Source: a virus
Lineage: Duplodnaviria > Heunggongvirae > Uroviricota > Caudoviricetes
Strand: one strand, 5' to 3'
IMG/VR virus record: IMGVR_UViG_2531839476_000010
DNA: 13,638 nucleotides
The notes below the pieces were generated by a model, which worked only from the letters and a program-made list of their open reading frames with translations, was not told where the DNA came from and ran no database searches. The position numbers and the translations under genes are program-made. How positions within the stretch are numbered: position 1 is the first letter of the stretch; the number at the start of each line of letters is the position of its first letter. Below, piece by piece: positions 1 to 6,108 of this stretch.

Positions 1-47
1 GGCTCATTTAAACCGTCTGGTCTGTTTCCTCCGGCTCTACAAAAATA

Positions 48-725
48 ATGTCCATCATTTTTAATGGACACTATCGTATGAAACACCGGACCTGGATCAC
101 TGAAGCTTTACGTCTTCACTTTGAAGAACATTTACCCCGGGTTGTGGCCGGGCGTCGCCTGGGTGTACCAAAATCAACAGTTTGTAGTATGTTCGTGCGC
201 TTTCGGAGAGCTGGCCTTTCGTGGCCTTTGCCCGCAGGCATGTCGGAGCAGGAACTTGATGCCTGCCTTTACGGACAATTTTCCACGGTACCAGTCGTAC
301 GTCCTGAAAGCACCGTTATATCCGAAGCCCCCGTGGTAAAAAAACGTCCCCGGCGGCCCAACTTCCCTTATGAGTTTAAAATCGCCTTAGTGGAGCAGTC
401 ACTGCAGCCCGGAGCCTGTGTGGCGCAGATCGCCCGGGAAAACGGAATCAACGATAACCTGCTCTTCAACTGGCGCCATCAATACCGGAAAGGTGGCCTG
501 CTGCCTTCCGGAAAAAATATGCCGGCACTGCTTCCCGTGACGTTAACGCCGGAGCCGGATAATAAAATCCCGGCCCCCGCACAGGAACCAGAGCAGATAA
601 ATACACCGTCCGACAGTCTGTGTTGTGAGCTGGTTCTGCCGGCCGGAACTCTCAGGCTTAAAGGTAAACTGACGCCGGCGTTATTACAGACACTTATCCG
701 CGAAATAAAAGGGAGCAGCCACTGA
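48..725 (+). CDS. tnpA: IS66-family accessory protein (orf1/TnpA-like), start codon uncertain
   Basis: C-terminal ~130 aa (PNFPYEFKIALVEQSLQPGACVAQIARENGINDNLLFNWRHQYRKGG...) resembles IS66 orf1 HTH proteins. At 225 aa the ORF is longer than the ~130-150 aa I expect, so the true start may be an internal Met (e.g. 79) or the N-terminal part is an extra HTH domain. Stop overlaps the orf2 start by 1 nt (TGATG). Confidence 0.65.
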   Translation: MSIIFNGHYRMKHRTWITEALRLHFEEHLPRVVAGRRLGVPKSTVCSMFVRFRRAGLSWPLPAGMSEQELDACLYGQFSTVPVVRPESTVISEAPVVKKRPRRPNFPYEFKIALVEQSLQPGACVAQIARENGINDNLLFNWRHQYRKGGLLPSGKNMPALLPVTLTPEPDNKIPAPAQEPEQINTPSDSLCCELVLPAGTLRLKGKLTPALLQTLIREIKGSSH

Positions 726-1072
726 TGATATCTCTCCCTGCAGGTTCGCGTATCTGGCTGGTTGCAGGTATCACCGATATGCGAAATGGCTTTAACGGCC
801 TGGCATCAAAAGTTCAGAACGTCCTGAAGGATGACCCGTTCTCCGGACACCTGTTCATCTTCCGCGGACGCCGGGGTGACCAGATAAAAGTGTTGTGGGC
901 TGACAGTGACGGACTGTGCCTCTTCACCAAACGCCTGGAGCGGGGCCGCTTCGTCTGGCCAGTCACCCGTGACGGCAAGGTGCACCTTACTCCGGCTCAG
1001 TTATCCATGCTTCTTGAAGGTATCAACTGGAAGCACCCGAAACGAACGGAACGCGCTGGAATCCGCATATAA
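725..1072 (+). CDS. tnpB: IS66-family TnpB (orf2) accessory protein
   Basis: 115 aa; translation MISLPAGSRIWLVAGITDMRNGFNGLA...LFIFRGRRGDQIKVLWADSDGLCLFTKRLERGRFVWP matches the conserved IS66 Orf2 family as I recall it; position and size fit. Confidence 0.9.
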   Translation: MISLPAGSRIWLVAGITDMRNGFNGLASKVQNVLKDDPFSGHLFIFRGRRGDQIKVLWADSDGLCLFTKRLERGRFVWPVTRDGKVHLTPAQLSMLLEGINWKHPKRTERAGIRI

Positions 1073-1091
1073 CCCGTTGTAAAGTGAGGAT

Positions 1092-2663
1092 ATGGACACC
1101 TCACTTGCTCATGAGAACGCCCGCCTGCGGGCACTGTTGCAGACGCAACAGGACACCATCCGCCAGATGGCTGAATACAACCGCCTGCTCTCACAGCGGG
1201 TGGCGGCTTATGCTTCCGAAATCAACCGGCTGAAGGCGCTGGTTGCGAAACTGCAACGTATGCAGTTCGGTAAAAGCTCAGAAGAACTTCGTGCAAAAAC
1301 CGAACGGCAGATACAGGAAGCACAGGAGCGAATCAGCGCACTTCAGGAAGAAATGGCGGAAACGCTGGGTGAGCAATATGACCCGGTACTGCCATCCGCC
1401 CTGCGCCAGTCTTCAGCCCGTAAACCGTTACCGGCCTCACTTCCCCGTGAAACCCGGGTTATCCGGCCGGAAGAGGAATGCTGTCCTGCCTGTGGTGGTG
1501 AACTCAGTTCTCTGGGATGTGATGTGTCAGAGCAACTGGAGCTTATCAGCAGCGCCTTTAAGGTTATCGAAACACAACGTCCGAAACAGGCCTGTTGCCG
1601 GTGCGACCATATCGTGCAGGCACCAGTACCTTCAAAACCCATTGCACGCAGTTATGCCGGAGCGGGGCTTCTGGCCCATGTTGTCACCGGGAAATATGCA
1701 GACCATCTGCCGTTATACCGCCAGTCAGAAATATACCGTCGTCAGGGAGTGGAGCTGAGCCGTGCCACACTGGGGCGCTGGACAGGTGCTGTTGCTGAAC
1801 TGCTGGAGCCGCTGTATGACGTCCTGCGCCAGTATGTGCTGATGCCCGGTAAAGTCCATGCTGATGATATCCCCGTCCCGGTCCAGGAGCCGGGCAGCGG
1901 TAAAACCCGGACAGCCCGGCTGTGGGTCTACGTCCGTGATGACCGTAACGCCGGTTCACAGATGCCCCCGGCGGTCTGGTTCGCGTACAGTCCGGACCGG
2001 AAAGGTATCCATCCACAAAATCACCTGGCCGGTTACAGCGGTGTGCTTCAGGCCGATGCTTACGGTGGTTACCGGGCGTTATACGAATCCGGCAGAATAA
2101 CGGAAGTCGCGTGTATGGCTCATGCCCGGAGAAAAATCCACGATGTGCATGCAAGAGCGCCCACCTACATCACCACGGAAGCCCTGCAGCGTATCGGTGA
2201 ACTGTATGCCATCGAGGCAGAGGTCCGGGGCTGTTCAGCAGAACAGCGTCTGGCGGCAAGAAAAGCCAGAGCCGCGCCACTGATGCAGTCACTGTATGAC
2301 TGGATACAGCAACAGATGAAAACACTGTCGCGTCACTCAGATACGTCAAAAGCGTTCGCATACCTGCTGAAACAGTGGGATGCACTGAACGTGTACTGCA
2401 GTAATGGCTGGGTGGAAATCGACAACAACATCGCAGGGAACGCCTTACGGGGAGTGGCCGTAGGCCGGAAAAACTGGATGTTCGCGGGTTCCGACAGCGG
2501 TGGTGAACATGCGGCGGTGTTGTACTCGCTGATCGGCACATGCCGTCTGAACAATGTGGAGCCAGAAAAGTGGCTGCGTTACGTCATTGAACATATCCAG
2601 GACTGGCCGGCAAACCGGGTACGCGATCTGTTGCCCTGGAAAGTTGATCTGAGCTCTCAGTAA
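1092..2663 (+). CDS. tnpC: IS66-family transposase (orf3/TnpC)
   Basis: 523 aa; N-terminal coiled-coil/leucine-zipper-like region, CxxC...CxxC zinc-finger-like motif (CPACGG...CCRCDH), then the transposase core, as typical of IS66 transposases. RBS GTGAGGA upstream of the ATG. Confidence 0.9.
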   Translation: MDTSLAHENARLRALLQTQQDTIRQMAEYNRLLSQRVAAYASEINRLKALVAKLQRMQFGKSSEELRAKTERQIQEAQERISALQEEMAETLGEQYDPVLPSALRQSSARKPLPASLPRETRVIRPEEECCPACGGELSSLGCDVSEQLELISSAFKVIETQRPKQACCRCDHIVQAPVPSKPIARSYAGAGLLAHVVTGKYADHLPLYRQSEIYRRQGVELSRATLGRWTGAVAELLEPLYDVLRQYVLMPGKVHADDIPVPVQEPGSGKTRTARLWVYVRDDRNAGSQMPPAVWFAYSPDRKGIHPQNHLAGYSGVLQADAYGGYRALYESGRITEVACMAHARRKIHDVHARAPTYITTEALQRIGELYAIEAEVRGCSAEQRLAARKARAAPLMQSLYDWIQQQMKTLSRHSDTSKAFAYLLKQWDALNVYCSNGWVEIDNNIAGNALRGVAVGRKNWMFAGSDSGGEHAAVLYSLIGTCRLNNVEPEKWLRYVIEHIQDWPANRVRDLLPWKVDLSSQ

Positions 2664-2669
2664 ATATCA

Positions 2670-2693
2670 ATACGGTTCTGACGAGTCGCTTAC
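2670..2693. repeat. Putative IS66 right terminal inverted repeat (ATACGGTTCTGACGAGTCGCTTAC)
   Basis: Ends in ...GCTTAC, reverse complement GTAAGC..., 30 bp after the tnpC stop. Partner IRL not in window. Confidence 0.5.
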
Positions 2694-2735
2694 ACTCAAC
2701 GGGATAATTAGGGCTTTTTTTACGCACTGCGGTTA

Positions 2736-3140
2736 ATGATTTCATGGATAGCGTCCACCATATTTGGTGTCCACTATTCTCTCAGGAATTTCAGGATCTG
2801 CCAGACGGTGCTGAGACGACGCTTACGGATAAATAATTACCCGGATAAGATTACTGTTACTGTGGCACTGGAAATTGGTGGGTATCCGTCACTGTTGTTG
2901 CCATATGTGGCGATTAGTCTTGACCGTACTGAAGGTGCCACGCTGGAGTTTTACGAAGCTGAGGCGAAAAAGCAGGCGAAGCAGTTTTTCATGGATGTTG
3001 CTGCCGGGTTATGTGAAGGGGATGGTCCGTTGCCGGAAAAGCGGCCCATCATTTTAGAGGCGCAGGATGTGTTGATAACCTACAGAGGAAAACTACCGGG
3101 AATAATTACTGGTTCTCTGAAGACTCCACCGCTGGCCTGA
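2736..3140 (+). CDS. Hypothetical protein; possibly a C-terminal fragment of a gene disrupted by the IS insertion
   Basis: 134-aa ORF from the track. Its first ~30 codons overlap the second IS-end-like sequence, so the native gene, if any, likely begins downstream or was truncated. No family recognised; not holin-like (no transmembrane segments). Confidence 0.3.
   Translation: MISWIASTIFGVHYSLRNFRICQTVLRRRLRINNYPDKITVTVALEIGGYPSLLLPYVAISLDRTEGATLEFYEAEAKKQAKQFFMDVAAGLCEGDGPLPEKRPIILEAQDVLITYRGKLPGIITGSLKTPPLA
2803..2826. repeat. Second IS66-end-like sequence (AGACGGTGCTGAGACGACGCTTAC), direct copy 133 bp downstream of the first
   Basis: 17 of 24 positions identical to 2670-2693 when aligned by eye, including the terminal CGCTTAC. 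Could be the true IRR or a solo-end remnant of another IS66 copy. Confidence 0.4.
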
Positions 3141-3190
3141 AGACTTAACATATCCAGGGATTTGAAATCGATAAATCCTGATAAATATCC

Positions 3191-3724
3191 ATGAACGCAA
3201 AAATCAGATACGGCCTGTCGGCTGCCGTTCTGGCGCTGATTGCCGCAGGTGCGCCTGCGCCTGAAATCCTCGACCAGTTTCTGGATGAAAAGGAAGGTAA
3301 CCACACCACGGCATACCGTGATGGCGCGGGTATCTGGACCATCTGTCGCGGTGCCATTCTGGTGGATAGTAAACCTGTCGTCCCGGGCATGAAGTTGTCG
3401 AAGGAGAAATGCGACCAGGTTAACGCCATTGAACGTGATAAGGCGCTGGCATGGGTGGATAAAAACATCAAAGTGCCACTGACCGAACCCCAGAAAGCGG
3501 GGATCGCGTCATTCTGTCCGTACAACATTGGTCCCGGTAAATGTTTCCCGTCGACGTTTTACAGACGAATTAATGCAGGTGATCGCAGGGGAGCGTGTGA
3601 GGCGATTCGCTGGTGGATTAAGGACGGTGGCAGAGACTGCCGTATTCGCTCAAATAACTGTTACGGTCAGGTATCCCGTCGCGACCAGGAGAGTGCGCTG
3701 GCGTGCTGGGGAATTGACAGATAA
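3191..3724 (+). CDS. R: Phage endolysin, T4-lysozyme-type (GH24) with N-terminal signal-anchor-release (SAR) segment
   Basis: 177 aa. N-terminal Ala/Gly-rich weakly hydrophobic stretch (YGLSAAVLALIAAGAPAP) followed by a Glu-x8-Asp-x5-Thr catalytic arrangement (KEGNHTTAYRDGAGIWTICRG). Closely resembles the R lysozymes of 933W/21-type lambdoid phages as I remember them. Confidence 0.9.
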   Translation: MNAKIRYGLSAAVLALIAAGAPAPEILDQFLDEKEGNHTTAYRDGAGIWTICRGAILVDSKPVVPGMKLSKEKCDQVNAIERDKALAWVDKNIKVPLTEPQKAGIASFCPYNIGPGKCFPSTFYRRINAGDRRGACEAIRWWIKDGGRDCRIRSNNCYGQVSRRDQESALACWGIDR

Positions 3725-3813
3725 GCAGAATATTTTGCTGAAAAATGCGGTTTGCTCACACGGACGGATAACACGAAATCCTGAGAACTGACAAAAACTA
3801 AGTGAATAAAAGT

Positions 3814-3850
3814 AAAACCCCCATTTGTTGGCTGCAAGCGGGGTTTTGTG
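3814..3850 (+). terminator. Hairpin with flanking A- and T-tracts downstream of R (possible intrinsic terminator)
   Basis: AAAACCCC(C) at 3814-3822 pairs with GGGGTTTT at 3840-3847, followed by GTGTTT. The loop is long (~17 nt), so terminator function is uncertain. Confidence 0.35.
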
Positions 3851-3883
3851 TTTCCTGACTCCGGAAAAGTCAAAGGAGAAAGT

Positions 3884-4021
3884 GTGTTTGATTTTAGCAA
3901 ACTGATTCGGGAGATTCGAGTGATGGCTGAAAAATTATCCACCTGGAAGTTCATCCTTATCTGGCTGGTGTTTGTGATTATGGCCTCCGGTTATTTCATC
4001 GGTCAGATACGCTGGTGGTGA
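3884..4021 (+). CDS. Small hypothetical single-pass membrane protein, translationally coupled to Rz
   Basis: Below the ORF-track length cutoff; found by reading the frame. GTG at 3884 preceded by AGGAG (3874-3878, 5-nt spacing); alternative ATG at 3923. Encodes ...MAEKLSTWKFILIWLVFVIMASGYFIGQIRWW with one hydrophobic helix. Stop TGA at 4019-4021 sits 1 nt before the Rz ATG. Confidence 0.3.
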   Translation: MFDFSKLIREIRVMAEKLSTWKFILIWLVFVIMASGYFIGQIRWW

Positions 4022-4022
4022 A

Positions 4023-4517
4023 ATGAACCGCGTACTGTGCGTGGTCATCATTGCCCTGCTGGTGGCCTGTGGTGCGCTTAGTCTGGGGCTGAATCATTAC
4101 CGTGATAACGCCATAACCTACAAAGAGCAGCGCGATAAAAAAGTCAGTGAGCTGGAGCTGGCAAATGCAACCATTACTGATATGCAGCAGCGCCAGCGTG
4201 ATGTTGCTGCACTTGATGCCAGATACTCGAGGGAATTAGCCGATGCGAGAGCTGAAAATGAAACTCTTCGCGCTGACGTTGCCGCTGGTCACCGCAGCCT
4301 GCGGATCAACGCCACCTGTCCAGGTCCCGTGCGTGAAGCCACCGGCACCGCCCGCGTGGATAATGCAACCGGCCCCCAACTGGCAGACACCGTTACACGG
4401 GATTATTTCACCCTCAGAGAGCGGCTGATGACGATGCAGAAGCAACTGGAAGGGGCACAGGACTATATCCGCACTCAGTGTACTAAGCAGGCTTTTTATT
4501 ATCCGGAGGATGTATGA
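4023..4517 (+). CDS. Rz: Rz i-spanin (inner-membrane spanin subunit)
   Basis: 164 aa; N-terminal TM helix then ...NHYRDNAITYKEQRDKK...DMQQRQRDVAALDARYSRELADARAENETLRADVAAG...RDYFTLRERLMTMQKQLEG, near-collinear with lambda Rz as I recall it. Confidence 0.92.
   Translation: MNRVLCVVIIALLVACGALSLGLNHYRDNAITYKEQRDKKVSELELANATITDMQQRQRDVAALDARYSRELADARAENETLRADVAAGHRSLRINATCPGPVREATGTARVDNATGPQLADTVTRDYFTLRERLMTMQKQLEGAQDYIRTQCTKQAFYYPEDV
4243..4428 (+). CDS. Rz1: Rz1 o-spanin (outer-membrane lipoprotein) embedded in the +1 frame of Rz
   Basis: 61 aa; lipoprotein signal with lipobox (LVTAA|C), proline-rich mature part ...CVKPPAPPAWIMQPAPNWQTPLHGIISPSE matching lambda Rz1 (CVKPPPPPAWIMQPPPDWQTPLNGIISPSE). 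Classic embedded-gene architecture. Confidence 0.88.
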   Translation: MRELKMKLFALTLPLVTAACGSTPPVQVPCVKPPAPPAWIMQPAPNWQTPLHGIISPSESG

Positions 4518-4738
4518 AGAAATTGCAGGTAACGGTAAAACCTTTTCAGGGAACAATTCCGTTCCGTGTTTTGCAACATGGCCGTGTTCTGCTTGAAGAG
4601 GTGTTCAGAGGTAAATGCACTGAATGTTATTCACGAACATATGAAGTGAATGCCACGCATGAAGAATTCACCGTTGAGTGTGTGATGAATACTGATAAAT
4701 GCCGAATGGTATCCGCTGAATTACAGCCAGTGTGTTGA
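4514..4738 (+). CDS. Hypothetical small Cys-rich protein, translationally coupled to Rz
   Basis: 74 aa; ATG overlaps the Rz stop (ATGA at 4514-4517); GGAGG 4 nt upstream. Contains CxxC (CTEC) and a further Cys pair (ECVMNTDKC); no signal peptide. AT-richer than flanking phage genes. No family recognised. Confidence 0.5.
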   Translation: MKKLQVTVKPFQGTIPFRVLQHGRVLLEEVFRGKCTECYSRTYEVNATHEEFTVECVMNTDKCRMVSAELQPVC

Positions 4739-5045
4739 GCGACCTTATTATCCATGCGCGGTATTGTCGCCGTATTCCTGCATTAACAGAGACCGCAGCC
4801 CGACAGGGAGACTCCTCTGCGAGAGTGTGCGGGGATAATCAAAAACGATACACACCGGGGTTTACCGCGTAAACGGAGCGCGGCGTTGTCCCCTCATGGT
4901 CGCTGGTCCGGTGCGATGGTGGAAGAAACCGGACGATGTGTTACCTCGCAAACTCTGTTATGTCATGTGTCTGATTTGTGATTTAAGTCGGATAATTGTC
5001 ATTGCCATTAAGCAGAGGATTGATGACCGACAGGGCTGCATTGTT

Positions 5046-5062
5046 AGAATAAGACTTATTCT
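5046..5062. promoter_or_regulatory. Perfect 8-1-8 palindrome AGAATAAG-A-CTTATTCT, ~20 bp upstream of the lipoprotein ATG; candidate operator
   Basis: Read directly. It overlaps a -10-like hexamer TAGAAT (5045-5050). A 1-nt spacer cannot form an RNA hairpin loop, so it is more consistent with a site for a dimeric DNA-binding protein. Confidence 0.3.
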
Positions 5063-5082
5063 TATCTATGCCGGGAATAAAA

Positions 5083-5409
5083 ATGAAAAGAAATCTTCCG
5101 TTAATTATTTTGTTGTCTTCTTTGGTTATGGGCTGTACGCAACATAAAACAGATATGCCTCGACAGTTGGTTAAGGCATTACCACAATATCCGGCCTATG
5201 CCGCGGCAAATTATATAAAGGGACGGGTTGATGTGAAGTTTGATATTGGTGCTGATGGTACTGTCACCCGAATTGAGTTTATCCGTTCAGAGCCGCACCA
5301 TCTGTTTGATGAGCAGGTTGTAAAGGCGATGGCAAAATGGCGATTTGAGAAGGACAAGCCGCGTAAAGGCGTGAAGAAAACATTTATCTTTAGTCCTTCA
5401 GCACCCTGA
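5083..5409 (+). CDS. Lipoprotein with TonB C-terminal-like domain (moron gene)
   Basis: Start taken at the second ATG (5083), giving signal MKRNLPLIILLSSLVMG|C with Cys+1 and Thr+2. Mature region QYPAYAAANYIKGRVDVKFDIGADGTVTRIEFIRSEP...VVKAMAKWRFE aligns by eye with E. coli TonB C-terminal domain (QYPARAQALRIEGQVKVKFDV.PDGRV...AMRRWRY). No TonB N-terminal anchor or Pro-rich spacer. AT-rich relative to the head genes. Confidence 0.7.
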   Translation: MKRNLPLIILLSSLVMGCTQHKTDMPRQLVKALPQYPAYAAANYIKGRVDVKFDIGADGTVTRIEFIRSEPHHLFDEQVVKAMAKWRFEKDKPRKGVKKTFIFSPSAP

Positions 5410-5865
5410 TTATTTTATCAGAAGTTAATTATCACTCTGTTGCTATTCAGTACATCCCTGCAGGGTAAAGTCTTGTTTCGCCGGATATGAAGATGAAATA
5501 TTGTTAGAAGACAGTAGCTACCGGTTCCTGTAACCGAACGTTCATTTCTCGTTATTTTTCATGCTGGCCGGGCGCAGGTGCTTTGCATCTGTTGCCAGCC
5601 TTCTCCTGCAGGCTTCAATAACCCATGCCGAAAAATTACCCGATCCCTTACGTTCAAGGGCAATATGGATTTGATTAATCATCTGGTTTGGGAAGCTTTA
5701 TTTTTTGATGACATTGTGTTTTTCCGTGTTCAGTGCTGCTGATTTGTATTGTCTTAAGATGTCTTTACGTTAAGTTGACACAGATCAATTAATGCATGAC
5801 TTGGACAAAATTGATTATTTGTCGTGGTTTTATGGTGTACGTGGGATGTGTGATGGTATTTATAT

Positions 5866-5886
5866 AAATGATAATTATTATCATTT
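5866..5886. repeat. Perfect 21-bp palindrome AAATGATAAT-T-ATTATCATTT; core TGATAATtATTATCA matches the 7-1-7 Fur-box pattern
   Basis: Read directly. It lies ~35 bp upstream of the cohesive-end sequence, in the cosQ-proximal AT-rich region. Function unknown. Confidence 0.4.
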
Positions 5887-5888
5887 AT

Positions 5889-6100
5889 TGGATCCTTTCC
5901 GGCGATCCGGCAGGCTACGGGGCGGCGACCTCGCGGGTTTTCGCTATTTATGAAAATTTTCCGGTTTAAGGCGTTTCCGTTCTTCTTCGTCGTAACTTAA
6001 TGTTTTTATTTAAAATACCCCCTGAAAAGAAAGGAAACGACAGGTGCTGAAAACGAACTTTTGGGCCTTTGTCGTTTCCTTTCTCTGTTTTTGGCCGTGG
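5889..6100 (+). other. cos: Lambda-type cos site: cosQ-like segment, cosN with 12-nt cohesive end at 5920-5931, cosB with three CGTTTCC-type terminase-binding repeats
   Basis: GGGCGGCGACCT at 5920-5931 followed by CGCGGGTTTTCGCTATTTATGAAAATTTTCCGG..., nearly identical to the lambda left end as I remember it. CGTTTCC at 5972-5978 and 6073-6079, inverted copy GGAAACG at 6033-6039, AT-rich stretch between (IHF-site position in lambda). Nu1 ATG follows 189 nt after the cohesive-end start. Confidence 0.85.
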
Positions 6101-6108
6101 AATGAACA

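Larger units (their letters stand above)
1..2693 (+). mobile_element. IS66-family insertion sequence, left end truncated by window start; right end provisionally at 2693 (alternative 2826)
   Basis: Three consecutive same-strand ORFs in the IS66 arrangement (accessory orf1, ~115-aa orf2, ~520-aa transposase) with 1-nt and short overlaps/gaps. Sequence ...CGCTTAC at 2687-2693 is the reverse complement of the GTAAGCG-type terminus I associate with IS66-family ends. No matching left inverted repeat in 1-47, so the left end is presumably upstream of the window. Confidence 0.8.

Noticed and set aside
121-339. 72-aa ORF in an alternative frame within IS66 orf1
   Set aside because: Overlaps the orf1 frame entirely; no family resemblance. 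I considered that orf1 might be two frames fused by a frameshift, but the 48-725 frame reads through cleanly, so I kept a single ORF with an uncertain start.
1243-2554. Alternative-frame and antisense ORFs within the IS66 transposase gene (1243-1758 +, 1343-1642 -, 1684-2154 -, 2170-2541 -, 1858-2100 +)
   Set aside because: Nested within the well-supported tnpC frame; no independent coding signal.
3667-3954. 95-aa minus-strand ORF spanning the R 3' end and the R-Rz intergenic region
   Set aside because: Overlaps the end of R and the putative terminator hairpin; low-complexity product; on the opposite strand from the entire late operon.
4896-5147. 83-aa plus-strand ORF overlapping the lipoprotein start in another frame
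   Set aside because: No RBS, overlaps the putative promoter/operator and the better-supported lipoprotein ORF; product has no recognisable features.
5456-5465. CCCTGCAGGG palindrome downstream of the lipoprotein gene as an intrinsic terminator
   Set aside because: The stem would be only 3 bp with a 4-nt loop and the downstream T-tract is weak (TAAAGTCTTGTTT); more likely a chance palindrome.
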